A stretch of 64,000 bases of DNA, taken from an uncultured Kiloniellales bacterium (GTDB lineage: Bacteria; Pseudomonadota; Alphaproteobacteria; Kiloniellales; JAKSDN01). The notes below the pieces were generated by a model, which had not been told where the DNA came from, searched no databases, and was given only the letters and a program-made list of their open reading frames with translations. A program made the translations under genes and the position numbers. Location: the NCBI GenBank assembly GCA_947258885.1, contig CAMYKD010000001.1, positions 102-64,101 of the forward strand, written 5' to 3'. This document shows, piece after piece, positions 16,608 through 26,088 of the stretch (its first letter is position 1; each line of letters starts with the position of its first letter).

Positions 16608-17927
16608 ATGCCGAGCCTGAAGCGCCTGCACGCGGCCGGCCTGGGCTTGGCGGGGCTGCTGCTCGGCGCCGCACCCGGCGCCGCCGAACTGGCGGGCCAC
16701 GGCGGCTTCGTCAAGGGCGTCGCGGTTTCGCCGGACGGCCGCCGGATCATGACCGCCAGTTTCGACTACACCCTGATCCTCTGGGACCTGGCGGCGCAGA
16801 CGCGGCTCGGCGACTTCAACGAGCACGAGGGCGCGGTCAACGCCGTGGCTTTTCTGCCGGACGGCGGCCAGGCGGTATCGGGCAGCGACGACGGCACCCT
16901 GCGGCTCTGGGACGTGGCGCGGGGCGTTGTCCTGCACACCTTCAAAGGCCATCGCGGCAAGGTGGCGTCGGTCGCCGTCTCGCCGGACGGGCGCCTGGCG
17001 GCCTCGGCCGGCTGGGACCGCACGGTGCGGCTCTGGGACCTCGAGCGCCGGGCCGCCGGAGCGGTGCTCGAGGGCCATGACAACAACGTCAACGCGGTGG
17101 CCTTCTCCCCCGACGGCACCAAACTGCTCAGCGGCGCCTACGACGCGACCCTGAAGCTGTGGCGGATCGCCGACGGAACGCCGATCCGGACGCTGACCGG
17201 CCACGATTTCGGCGTCAATTCGGTGGCCTTCACGCCCGACGGCCGGCGCGCCGTGTCGGTCGGCGTGGACGAGACCCTGCACATCTGGAGCCTGGAGAGC
17301 GGCGAGGAAACCGCCTCCCTGGTGGGGCACGAAGGGCCGATCTTCGGTGTCGCCGTTTCCCCCGACGGACGCTTCGCCGCCTCGGGCGGCCTGGACCGGA
17401 CCGTGCTGCTGTGGAACTTGGAGAGCGGGCACTTCGTTCGTGCCTTCTATGGCCACGACGCGCCGATCTGGTCGCTCGCCTTCACGCCCGACGGCGGGCG
17501 GCTGCTGTCCGCGGGGTCGGACGAGGTGGTGCGCGTTTGGGATTTGGAGCGGGGCGAGGAGATCGGCGCCAGCGGCGAGCGGCGCATCACCTCGCCTTTG
17601 GCAGTCTTGCCGGACGGTCCGGGCGCGAAGCTCTTCGCCCGGTGTGTCGTCTGCCACACCGTGACCCCCGACGGGCGCAACAAGGCCGGTCCCACGCTCT
17701 ACGGCCTGTTCGGGCGCCGGGCCGGATCGGTGGCCGGCTACAGGTACTCCGAGGGCCTGAAGCGGAGCGGCGTGGTCTGGAACGAGAAGACCATAGACGC
17801 GCTGTTCCGGGAGGGCCCCGCGGCCTATACGCCCGGATCCAAGATGCCGCTCCAGCATATGCCCGACGCGCGGGAGCGGGCCGAGCTGATTGCTTATCTG
17901 AAGCAGGTTACGGGGCCCTCGGAGTAA
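16608..17927 (+). CDS. periplasmic WD40 beta-propeller fused to a C-terminal class I cytochrome c domain
   Basis: Signal peptide. About seven repeats of the GH...V..VA.SPDGR...S.S.D.T..LWD type. C-terminus CVVCH...GPTLYGLFGRRAG...GSKMP...LIAYLK is cytochrome c2-like. Confidence 0.85.
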   Translation: MPSLKRLHAAGLGLAGLLLGAAPGAAELAGHGGFVKGVAVSPDGRRIMTASFDYTLILWDLAAQTRLGDFNEHEGAVNAVAFLPDGGQAVSGSDDGTLRLWDVARGVVLHTFKGHRGKVASVAVSPDGRLAASAGWDRTVRLWDLERRAAGAVLEGHDNNVNAVAFSPDGTKLLSGAYDATLKLWRIADGTPIRTLTGHDFGVNSVAFTPDGRRAVSVGVDETLHIWSLESGEETASLVGHEGPIFGVAVSPDGRFAASGGLDRTVLLWNLESGHFVRAFYGHDAPIWSLAFTPDGGRLLSAGSDEVVRVWDLERGEEIGASGERRITSPLAVLPDGPGAKLFARCVVCHTVTPDGRNKAGPTLYGLFGRRAGSVAGYRYSEGLKRSGVVWNEKTIDALFREGPAAYTPGSKMPLQHMPDARERAELIAYLKQVTGPSE

Positions 17928-18009
17928 CCGAAGACTGCCGCCAATGGCCGGAAGCGGCGCATTCGGCGGTCTTCTTGGAAACCGTCATCGATCTGGAGGA
18001 CGTGTTGGT

Positions 18010-18132
18010 ATGAAAGCTTTCATCGCTAGCTGCGCCGCGGCCGTCATCATCGCTGTCGTCGCCGCCGTGATCTTCAACCTGTTCGGCTGGGACTCGGCCG
18101 AGGTCTACTCTACGGCCAACGTGCGGCTCTAA
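18010..18132 (+). CDS. small single-TM membrane protein (40 aa, hypothetical)
   Basis: MKAFIASCAAAVIIAVVAAVIFNLFGW..., with GGAGGA 9 nt upstream of the ATG. Confidence 0.4.
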   Translation: MKAFIASCAAAVIIAVVAAVIFNLFGWDSAEVYSTANVRL

Positions 18133-18139
18133 GCCGTTC

Positions 18140-19123
18140 CTAATTGCGCGCGCCGGCCCTCCTCAACAGCGCGGCGGCCTCGTCGTCGCCGATCATCTCG
18201 GCCGCGTTCAACGCCGTCCAGCCGTCCTTGGCCACGATGTCGACCCGCGCGCCTTGGGCCAGGAGCAGGCGCAGGATGTCCAGGGACCCCCGGTTGGCCG
18301 CCAGCATGAGGGCGGTGTTGCCGGTTTTGCTCTCCGTCAGGTTGGCGTCCGCGCCGCGCTCCAACAGGAGGCGGACGGCCCCGCGGTTGCCGTTCCGCGC
18401 CGCGCGGTGCAGGGGCGGCAGGCCGCCGCGGCCGGGTTGGCCGGGCGCGGCGCCCGCGTCGAGCAGGAGCTCCATCGACCGCAGATCGTCCGTACCGGCT
18501 GCGGCGCTCAGCGCGGTTTCGCCGTCGGCGGCGGTCGCTCCGACCTCGGCGCCGGCTTCGAGCAGCACGCGGGTCGCCGCCGCCCCGCCGGTGAGGGCGG
18601 CGAAGTGCAGCGCCCGATAGCCCTCCGCTCCGGCCGTCTCCAGCCCGGCGCCCTCCGCCAACAGCAGGTGAAGCGCGGGCGCGTTGCCGCGGCTGGCCGC
18701 CGCCATCAGCGCGGTCATGCCGGTCTTGGCCGAGCCCGCATCGACCATGGCACCGCGCGCCAGCAGTTCCGCCACGAGGCCGAACCCTCGCGGGTCGAAG
18801 GTGGCGTTGATCAGGGGCGTGTTTCCATCGTGCCCGCCGTGCGCCTCGGCATCGGCGCCGGCCTCCAGAAGGATCACGGCAACCCCCCGCTGGCCCCGGC
18901 GCGCGGCGATCAGCAGGGGGGTGTCGCCCTGGGCGTCGCGCATCTCGACATCGGCCCCCCGCTCGAGGGCAAAATGCGCGAGATCCTCGTCACCTTCGGC
19001 GGCCGCATGGAGCAGGGCGCGGGCGGCGACGCCGTCATCGTCCTGGGCGCATCCAGGGGCGGCGGCAACTCCGAACCAGAGCAAAAGGACCGAGGCCGCC
19101 GCCGGGATTCCCCTCCGGGTCAT
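18140..19123 (-). CDS. secreted ankyrin-repeat protein
   Basis: Signal peptide MTRRGIPAAASVLLLWFGVAAAPGCAQ, then ~8 repeats of the G.TPL..AA..G......LL..GA type. The start is 32 nt downstream of the fdsA stop on the same strand. Confidence 0.85.
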   Translation of the reverse strand: MTRRGIPAAASVLLLWFGVAAAPGCAQDDDGVAARALLHAAAEGDEDLAHFALERGADVEMRDAQGDTPLLIAARRGQRGVAVILLEAGADAEAHGGHDGNTPLINATFDPRGFGLVAELLARGAMVDAGSAKTGMTALMAAASRGNAPALHLLLAEGAGLETAGAEGYRALHFAALTGGAAATRVLLEAGAEVGATAADGETALSAAAGTDDLRSMELLLDAGAAPGQPGRGGLPPLHRAARNGNRGAVRLLLERGADANLTESKTGNTALMLAANRGSLDILRLLLAQGARVDIVAKDGWTALNAAEMIGDDEAAALLRRAGARN

Positions 19124-19154
19124 AGCTCGCACCCTGCCGGCCCGGCGCCGACGA

Positions 19155-21917
19155 TTACTCCGCCGCGGCTTTGACGGGCTCGACCCTGGCGGCGCAGAAC
19201 TTGAACTCGGGGATCTTGCCGTAGGGATCGAGCTGCGGGTTGGTCAGCAGGTTGGCGGCGGCCTCGGCGAAACAGAAGGGGATGAAGACCATGCCCTCCG
19301 GCACGTCGCGGTCTTGGCGTACGGTGAGGGAGATCTCGCCGCGCCGGGTGGTGACCCTGGCCATAGCGCCCGGCTTCAGGGCGAGGCGGTCGATGTCCCG
19401 GGGCGAGAAGCAGGCGACGGCCTCGGGCTCCAGGTCGTCCAGGTTCCGGGCGCGCCTGGTCATGGCACCGGTGTGCCAGTGCTCGAGCATGCGCCCGGTG
19501 GAGAGCACCATGGGGTAGTCCCGATCCGGCAGCTCGTCGGGCGGGGTGAGGTCGGCCGGCACGATCCGCCCGCGCCCGCTGGCGGTCGGGAAGCCTTCGC
19601 TGAACATGATCTCGCTGCCGGGCTGGTCGGGGGCGGGGCAGGGGTAGGTGACGGCGTCCTCCCGCTCCAGGCGCTCCCAGGTGATGTTGTCGAGCGACGG
19701 CATGATCTGGGCCATCTCGGCGAAGACCTCGGCCGGACCCCCGTAGTTCCAGTCGAGCCCGATGCGCTGTGCGATCTCCTGGACCAGCTCCCAGTCCTGG
19801 CGCGCCCGGCCGGGCGGCGGCACCACGGCGCGGCCCAGCTGTACCTCGCGGTTGGTGTTGGTGAAGGTGCCGGTCTTCTCGGCGTGCGCCGAGGCGGGCA
19901 GCACCACGTCCGCCTGCCAGGCGGTCTCGGTCAGGAAGATGTCCTGCACCACCAGGTGCTCCAACTTGGTGAGCGCCGCCCGGGCGTGGGCTTGGTCCGG
20001 GTCGGACATGGCCGGATTTTCGCCCAGGATGTACATGCCCTTGATCTGATCGGCGAGGATGGCGTTCACGATCTCGACCACGGTCAGGCCCTTCTTCGGG
20101 TCGAGGCTGGTGCCCCAGAAGGCCTCGAACTCGGCGCGCACCTCGGCGGCCTCGACCGGGCGGTAGTCGGGATAGACCCAGGGCATCAGCCCCGCGTCCG
20201 AGGCGCCCTGCACGTTGTTCTGGCCGCGCAGCGGGTGCAGTCCGGTGCCCGGCCGGCCGACCTGGCCGGTGATCAGCGCCAGTGCGATCAGGCAGCGCGC
20301 GTTGTCCGTGCCGTGCACATGTTGCGAGATACCCATGCCCCAGAAGATGATCGAGGCCTCGGAGGTGGCATAGGTCCGCGCCACCTCGCGCAGGGTCGCG
20401 GCCGGTATGCCGCAGACCTCGGCCATCTGCTCGGGCGCGTAACCCTTGATCCGCTCCTTGAGCGCCTCGAAGCCCTCGGTCTGGGCCTGCACGTACTGCC
20501 GGTCGTAGAGCTCCTCCTCGACGATCGTGTAGATGAGCGCGTTCAAGAGCGCCACGTCCTGGCCGGCCTTGAACTTGAGCATGTGCGTGGCATGGCGCGA
20601 CAGGCCCTGGCCCCGCGGGTCCATGACGATCAGCTTGACGCCGCGCTTGGCCGCGTTCTTGAGGAAGGTCGCGGCCACCGGGTGGTTCTGCGCCGGCCGC
20701 GCGCCGATCACGACGATGCACTCGGCGTCCTTGGCCGCCGTGAAGGGCGCGGTCACCGCGCCCGAACCGATGCCCTCCATCAGGGCCGCGACCGAGGAGG
20801 CGTGGCACAGCCGCGTGCAGTGGTCGACGTTGTTGGTGCCGAAGCCCGTGCGTACCAGCTTCTGGAACAAGTAGGCCTCCTCGTTCGAGCCCTTGGCCGA
20901 GCCGAAGCCCGCCAGCGCCGCCCCGCCGTCGCGCTCGCGGATCGTCGCGAGGCCCGCGGCCGCCCGGTCCAGCGCCTCCTCCCAGGAGGCCTCGCGGAAG
21001 TGCGTCCAGGGATTGGCCGGGTCGATCTCGAGATCCGCGCCCTTGGGCGCGTCCTCGCGCCGGATCATCGGCTTGGTCAGCCGATGCGGGTGATCGATGT
21101 AGTCGAAGCCGAAGCGCCCCTTGACGCAGAGCCGGTTGCGGTTGGCCGGGCCGTCGCGGCCGTCGACATAGAGGATCCTGTCGTCCTTGACCTTCACCGT
21201 GGTCTGGCAGCCGACCCCGCAATAGGGACAGAGGGTGTCGACCGAGCGGTCCTCGAACCCGGTTCTCACCCCCCGTTCGTCGAGCAGGTTCGCTTCCATC
21301 AGGGCCCCGGTCGGGCAGGCCTGCACGCATTCGCCGCAGGCCACGCAGGTGCTCTCGCCCATGGCCGTGTCCAAGTCGAACACGATCTTTGCCCCGTGGC
21401 CCCGGTAGGCCAGGCCGATCACGTCGTTGACCTGGACCTCGCGGCAGGCCCGGACGCAGAGGTTGCAGTGAATGCAGGCGTCCAGGTTGACCGCGATGGC
21501 CGGGTGGCTGACGTCCGGTGCCACGGGCGCGCGCGCCGGAAAACGGCTTGTCTCGATCCCCATCCTGTCGGTCCAGGCCCAGAATTTCGAATCCGGGTCG
21601 TGCGCCGCCGCCTTGTCCGGCTGGTCGGCCATGAGGAGTTCGAAGACCATTTCGCGGGCCTTGCTGGCGCGCTCGGAGGCGGTGTCGACCTTCATGCCGG
21701 CCGCCGGCCGGCGGATACACGACGCCGCGAGCGTTCGCTCGCCCTCGATTTCGACCATGCAAGCCCGGCAGTTGCCGTCGGCCCGATAGCCCGGGTCGGG
21801 CGTATAGCAGAGGTGAGGGATCTCGACGCCCAGGCGCTCGGCCACCTGCCATATGGTTTCGTCCGGCGCCGCCTCGACCGCCTGTCCGTTCAGTTCGAAG
21901 GTGATCCGATCGCTCAT
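19155..21917 (-). CDS. fdsA: NAD-dependent formate dehydrogenase alpha subunit (molybdopterin, NuoG-like N-terminus)
   Basis: N-terminal 2Fe-2S/4Fe-4S region GNCRACMVEIEGERTLAASC, CIHCNLCVRACREVQ and CVACGECVQACPTGAL, then a molybdopterin oxidoreductase domain. Confidence 0.92.
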   Translation of the reverse strand: MSDRITFELNGQAVEAAPDETIWQVAERLGVEIPHLCYTPDPGYRADGNCRACMVEIEGERTLAASCIRRPAAGMKVDTASERASKAREMVFELLMADQPDKAAAHDPDSKFWAWTDRMGIETSRFPARAPVAPDVSHPAIAVNLDACIHCNLCVRACREVQVNDVIGLAYRGHGAKIVFDLDTAMGESTCVACGECVQACPTGALMEANLLDERGVRTGFEDRSVDTLCPYCGVGCQTTVKVKDDRILYVDGRDGPANRNRLCVKGRFGFDYIDHPHRLTKPMIRREDAPKGADLEIDPANPWTHFREASWEEALDRAAAGLATIRERDGGAALAGFGSAKGSNEEAYLFQKLVRTGFGTNNVDHCTRLCHASSVAALMEGIGSGAVTAPFTAAKDAECIVVIGARPAQNHPVAATFLKNAAKRGVKLIVMDPRGQGLSRHATHMLKFKAGQDVALLNALIYTIVEEELYDRQYVQAQTEGFEALKERIKGYAPEQMAEVCGIPAATLREVARTYATSEASIIFWGMGISQHVHGTDNARCLIALALITGQVGRPGTGLHPLRGQNNVQGASDAGLMPWVYPDYRPVEAAEVRAEFEAFWGTSLDPKKGLTVVEIVNAILADQIKGMYILGENPAMSDPDQAHARAALTKLEHLVVQDIFLTETAWQADVVLPASAHAEKTGTFTNTNREVQLGRAVVPPPGRARQDWELVQEIAQRIGLDWNYGGPAEVFAEMAQIMPSLDNITWERLEREDAVTYPCPAPDQPGSEIMFSEGFPTASGRGRIVPADLTPPDELPDRDYPMVLSTGRMLEHWHTGAMTRRARNLDDLEPEAVACFSPRDIDRLALKPGAMARVTTRRGEISLTVRQDRDVPEGMVFIPFCFAEAAANLLTNPQLDPYGKIPEFKFCAARVEPVKAAAE

Positions 21918-23627
21918 CTAGAGATCCTCCGGGAAGAACTTTAGCACGGATACGAGCGGATTAGGCGCCGCCTGACCCAGGCCGCAGATCGAGGCCTCGC
22001 GCATCACGGCGGCCAGCTCCTCCAGGAGCGGCGCATCCCAGGTGCCCTCGCTCATCAATTTCACCGCCTTCTCCGTTCCGTTGCGGCAGGGCGTACACTG
22101 CCCGCAGCTCTCGTCCTCGAAGAAGCGCATCAGGTTGAGCGCCGCGGCCTTGATGTCGTCCGCCTCGGACAGGATCACCACCGCGTGCGAGCCGATCAGG
22201 CAGCCGTGTTCCTCCAGGCGCCCGAAGTCCAGCGGCAGGTCGCCCAGGCGCGCCGGCAGGATGCCGCCAGATGCCCCGCCCGGCAGATAGGCCTTGAAGA
22301 TATGGCCCTCGGCCATGCCGCCGCAGTACTCCTCGATCAACTCCTTGACCGTGATTCCGGCCGGCGCCAGCTTCACGCCCGGGTCCCGGACCCGGCCCGA
22401 GACCGAATAGCTCCTGAAGCCCTTGCCGCCGTGGCGGCCCTGGTCCGAGAGCCAAGCCGCTCCCTTGGCCAGGATTTCCGGCACCCAGTAGAGCGTTTCC
22501 ACGTTGTTGACCAGGGTCGGCCGGCCGAACAGGCCCAGCTGTGCGACATAGGGCGGCCGGTGACGCGGAAGGCCCCGCTTGCCCTCGATCGACTCGATCA
22601 TCGCCGACTCTTCGCCGCAGATATAGGCGCCGGCGCCGCGCCGGAGATAAATGAACAGGTCTTCGGCGAGTCCCGCCGCCTTGATCGCCGCGATCTCGTT
22701 GAGCAGGATCTCGCGCGCCGCCGGGTACTCGTCCCTCAGATAGATGTAGACGGCCTCCGCCTCGACCGCCCAGGCGGCGATCAGGACGCCTTCGAGAAAG
22801 CCGTGCGGCCGGCGCTCCAGGTACCAGCGGTCCTTGAAGGTCCCAGGTTCGCCCTCGTCGGCGTTGACCGCCAGAAGCCGCGGGGCCGGCTCGGCCCGCA
22901 CCAGGCTCCACTTTCGGCCGGTTGGGAAGCCCGCGCCGCCCAGGCCGCGCAGGCCGGCATCGCTCAGCACCCCGATGACGTCCTCCACCGTCCGGCGCCC
23001 TTCGAGGCACTCCGTCAGCACCGCATAGCCGCCTTCGGCCCGATAGGCCTCGAGGTCCTGATAGGCCGGGACGTCCGGGTGATGGTGTCCGCCCGCGACG
23101 ATGCGCTCGACGCCCTCGACCGTCGCCGCCTCCACGTGGCGGTGCCCCACCTCCACCGCGGGCGCCCGGTCGCAGCGGCCCATGCAGGGCGCCCGCACGA
23201 CCCGCACGCCCGCTCCCAGTGCGTTCGGCAGGTCTTCCAGCAGCTTCCGCGCCCCCGCCATCTCGCAGCTCAGGCTGTCGCAGACCCGCACGGTCACGGG
23301 CGGCGGGTCGGCCTCGCCGTCCAGCACGATGTCGAAGTGCGCGTAGAAGGAGGCCACCTCGTAGACCTCCGCCATGGGAAGCCTCATCTCCTCGGCCAGG
23401 GCCTGCAGGCGGTCGGCCTTGAGAAAGCCCTCGGCGTCCTGGATCAGGTGCAGGTATTCGATCAGGAAATCCCGCTGACGCGGCCGGGTGCCCAACAGGT
23501 CGCGCACCGCCGACAAGGCCGCCGGGTCCAATTGGCGGCCCTTCGGAAAGGCCGGCGCCCGCCGGCGCCCGGAGCCGGGATGAATTCGGCGCCGGGCGCC
23601 GTTGCCGTTCGAAGTGACTTCAGACAT
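21918..23627 (-). CDS. fdsB: NAD-dependent formate dehydrogenase beta subunit, NuoE-like (FdsG-type) domain fused to a NuoF-like domain
   Basis: The N-terminus EVASFYAHFD...CDSLSC...CMGRCDRAP is NuoE-like. GLRGLGGAGFPTGRKW and ESCGQCTPCR are the NuoF FMN/4Fe-4S motifs. The stop abuts the fdsA start. Confidence 0.9.
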   Translation of the reverse strand: MSEVTSNGNGARRRIHPGSGRRRAPAFPKGRQLDPAALSAVRDLLGTRPRQRDFLIEYLHLIQDAEGFLKADRLQALAEEMRLPMAEVYEVASFYAHFDIVLDGEADPPPVTVRVCDSLSCEMAGARKLLEDLPNALGAGVRVVRAPCMGRCDRAPAVEVGHRHVEAATVEGVERIVAGGHHHPDVPAYQDLEAYRAEGGYAVLTECLEGRRTVEDVIGVLSDAGLRGLGGAGFPTGRKWSLVRAEPAPRLLAVNADEGEPGTFKDRWYLERRPHGFLEGVLIAAWAVEAEAVYIYLRDEYPAAREILLNEIAAIKAAGLAEDLFIYLRRGAGAYICGEESAMIESIEGKRGLPRHRPPYVAQLGLFGRPTLVNNVETLYWVPEILAKGAAWLSDQGRHGGKGFRSYSVSGRVRDPGVKLAPAGITVKELIEEYCGGMAEGHIFKAYLPGGASGGILPARLGDLPLDFGRLEEHGCLIGSHAVVILSEADDIKAAALNLMRFFEDESCGQCTPCRNGTEKAVKLMSEGTWDAPLLEELAAVMREASICGLGQAAPNPLVSVLKFFPEDL

Positions 23628-23710
23628 GACCTTGGTCTTCCCGCTCCCTGATACGTTGAAGCCCGACCGGCGCCCGTCCGTCGTCGCGGCTTCCTCTCCT
23701 CGAATCGCAA

Positions 23711-23902
23711 TTATGCCTTTGCCTCGCCGCCTTCGTCGCCAAGAATGACCAGGGTTATCCGGGCGCCGTTGATCAGCACCTTGCCCCTGTGCTGGAAATT
23801 CACGGTGATACGGTCGCCTATGACCGATTGCACCTGGCCGGTGCCCCAGTCGGGTTCGTTTGGATGACGAACCAACATACCCGGCGCCAAGTCCTGTGAC
23901 AT
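23711..23902 (-). CDS. DUF3553-like small protein (63 aa)
   Basis: MSQDLAPGMLVRHPNEPDWGTGQVQSVIGDRITVNFQHRGKVLING. Divergent from chpT, an arrangement I recall as conserved in Alphaproteobacteria. Confidence 0.65.
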   Translation of the reverse strand: MSQDLAPGMLVRHPNEPDWGTGQVQSVIGDRITVNFQHRGKVLINGARITLVILGDEGGEAKA

Positions 23903-24041
23903 TAGAAATCCGTTAAAGCTCGGCCGAATAATTGTATAAGGAACTTTACGTCTTGCAGCAAAGCCCAGAACGACAGAGAACGGGGCCGGAGCGGCAGGAC
24001 GATCGCGGCGCCCGGCCGGGGCGCGGAACTCGAGCGAAGCG

Positions 24042-24698
24042 ATGGATGGGAACGGCATGGAGCTAATGATCGACATGCGGGTGGCCGAGCTGCTGGCCTC
24101 GCGCCTTTGTCACGACTTGGTCGGCCCGGTCGGGGCGGTGAACAACGGTATGGAGCTTATGCAGGACGAGAGCTTCGGCATGGTCGACGATGCCATGACC
24201 CTGGCCACCAAAAGCGCCGAACAGGCGTCCGGCCTCCTGCAGTTCTACCGCTTGGCCTACGGCATGGCGGGCCGGCGTCACGGGGGCGATTTCGGGCCGG
24301 TTCGGGAGCTGGCCGCGAATTTCCTGACCTACTCGAAGTCGCAGCTCGACTGGCCGTCCGGTCCGGTCCCCGAGGGTTTGCCCGACGGCGCGTTGAAAAT
24401 GCTGTTGAATCTGATTGCCCTGGCGGCCGAAGCCCTGCCGCGGGGCGGCACCGTAGGGGTCGCCATGTCCAGCGGCAACGCCGGGCTCGAGCTCGAGGTC
24501 AAGGCGGTCGGGGCCGACGCCGGCCTGCGCGAAGAGGCCCTGGCGGCGATCGGCGAAGGCGCCGCGGTCGAGGACCTCACCCCGCGCAACGTGCACGGTC
24601 ATTTCACGCAACTGCTGGCCAAGCGCCTGGGCGGCAAGCTCGTAGCCGAGCAGATCGGTCAGGGGGCGCTGAGGCTTGCCGTCGCCTTGCCCGGGTGA
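24042..24698 (+). CDS. chpT: histidine phosphotransferase ChpT (CckA to CtrA/CpdR phosphorelay)
   Basis: AELLASRLCHDLVGPVGAVNNGMELM His-box-like motif plus a degenerate HATPase-like C-terminus, ~218 aa. Confidence 0.8.
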   Translation: MDGNGMELMIDMRVAELLASRLCHDLVGPVGAVNNGMELMQDESFGMVDDAMTLATKSAEQASGLLQFYRLAYGMAGRRHGGDFGPVRELAANFLTYSKSQLDWPSGPVPEGLPDGALKMLLNLIALAAEALPRGGTVGVAMSSGNAGLELEVKAVGADAGLREEALAAIGEGAAVEDLTPRNVHGHFTQLLAKRLGGKLVAEQIGQGALRLAVALPG

Positions 24699-24936
24699 CA
24701 GGGGCGGCGGGACGTTCTGTAGACCGCGGTTCGGCTTGCCGGACCCAGAAGTAAATAGGGTCAGACCCTATTTTCTGAAGTTGCCCGCGCTTGACCGTCC
24801 GGTCTCCTGCCCCTGCTGCCGGGCCCTTGGCCGGTCCCTTGTTCTCATGGAGATTGGGGCGCGCCATGCCTTGCCTCCGGTTCGATCACATCCGGCGCTT
24901 GCTTTTACCGGCGAAACGCGCGAGAGTGCCGCTGCG

Positions 24937-24967
24937 TTGCGAATGCGAATGAGTTGCAATCGCAATC
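24937..24967. promoter_or_regulatory. hexamer-repeat element upstream of fbpA (candidate Fur/Irr-type iron operator)
   Basis: TTGC-GAATGC-GAATGA-GTTGCA-ATCGCA-ATC. Tandem GCGAAT x2 then GCAATC x2, followed by a T9 run, 37 nt upstream of ATG 25004. Confidence 0.25.
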
Positions 24968-25003
24968 TTCTTTTTTTTCGGGATCCAACATGGAGAACTT
25001 GAG

Positions 25004-26035
25004 ATGAACATCGGTCGACTGCCAAGGTGGATCGGCATGGCCTTAACCACCGTTATCTTGGGTGCGCCCGCACAGGGAGCGGCCCAAGAGCTGAACATCT
25101 ATTCCTCGCGTCACTATCAGACGGACGAAGCGCTCTACAACGGCTTTACCGAACAGACCGGGATCCGGGTCAACCGGATCGAGGGCAAGGGCGACGCTTT
25201 GATCGAGCGGATCAAGAGCGAGGGCGCCAACAGCCCGGCGGACGTTCTGATCACGGTGGATGCAGGGCGCCTGTGGCGCGCCGATCAGGCCGGCTTGTTC
25301 CAGCCGGTCCGCTCCAAACTGCTGGAGGAGCGGATACCGCCGAACCTGCGTCATCCAAAGGGTCATTGGTTCGGTTTTTCCAGCCGCGCACGCCTGATCC
25401 TGTACAACAAGACCGCGGTCAAACCGGGCGAGATCAAGCGCTACGAAGACTTGGCCGACCCGAAGTGGCGGGGCCGGATCTGCATCCGCTCCGGCGCGAA
25501 CATCTACAACCAGTCGCTTCTGGGCTCGCTGATCGCCGCCTTGGGCGAGGCCGGCGCGGAGACCTGGGCCGGATCCGTGGTCGCGAACTTCGCCCGCGAT
25601 CCCAAGGGCGGCGACACCGACCAGATCCGCAGCGTCGCGGCGGGCGAATGCGATGTCGGGGTGGCGAACTCCTACTACTATGTCCGCCTGGCGTCCTCCA
25701 AGAAAGCGAAGGACCGCGAAGTGGCAGACGCCGTCGGCCTGGTTTTTCCGAACCAGGCGGACCGCGGCACGCACATCAATGTGTCCGGCGCGGGCGTGCT
25801 CGAGCACGCGCCGCACAGGGACGCGGCTGTCAGGTTCCTGGAGTACCTGGCGGGCGCGCAGGCCCAGAGCTACTTCGCCGATGGCAACAACGAGTACCCT
25901 GTGGTCGGCAGCGTGGCACCCAACTCGGCGCTGCAGGCGCTTGGCGCCTTCAAGACCGACCTCGTGAACGTCGCCGTCTACGGTAAGAACCAGCCGGCGG
26001 CCCAGAGGATCTTCGACCGGGTCGGCTGGAAATAG
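25004..26035 (+). CDS. fbpA: Fe(3+) ABC transporter substrate-binding protein (FbpA/AfuA family)
   Basis: Signal peptide, then LNIYSSRHYQTDEALYNGFTEQTGIRVN...ADVLITVDAGRLWRA...ANSYYY. Confidence 0.85.
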   Translation: MNIGRLPRWIGMALTTVILGAPAQGAAQELNIYSSRHYQTDEALYNGFTEQTGIRVNRIEGKGDALIERIKSEGANSPADVLITVDAGRLWRADQAGLFQPVRSKLLEERIPPNLRHPKGHWFGFSSRARLILYNKTAVKPGEIKRYEDLADPKWRGRICIRSGANIYNQSLLGSLIAALGEAGAETWAGSVVANFARDPKGGDTDQIRSVAAGECDVGVANSYYYVRLASSKKAKDREVADAVGLVFPNQADRGTHINVSGAGVLEHAPHRDAAVRFLEYLAGAQAQSYFADGNNEYPVVGSVAPNSALQALGAFKTDLVNVAVYGKNQPAAQRIFDRVGWK

Positions 26036-26047
26036 TCCTGGAGGGAT

Positions 26048-26078
26048 GTCCGGCCGGTGGCTTTGGCATCGGCCGGAC
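26048..26078. terminator. hairpin between convergent fbpA and the permease (bidirectional terminator candidate)
   Basis: GTCCGGCCG-13 nt loop-CGGCCGGAC, a 9 bp perfect stem. Confidence 0.4.
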
Positions 26079-26088
26079 GAACCAGCGC

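Noticed and set aside
18684-21944. 1086-aa plus-strand ORF and 910-aa minus-strand alternative frame (19120..21852) over fdsA and the ankyrin gene
   Set aside because: Low-complexity Arg/Gly/Pro-rich translations. The real frame (19155..21917) carries all the Fe-S and molybdopterin motifs. These are GC-driven absence of stop codons.
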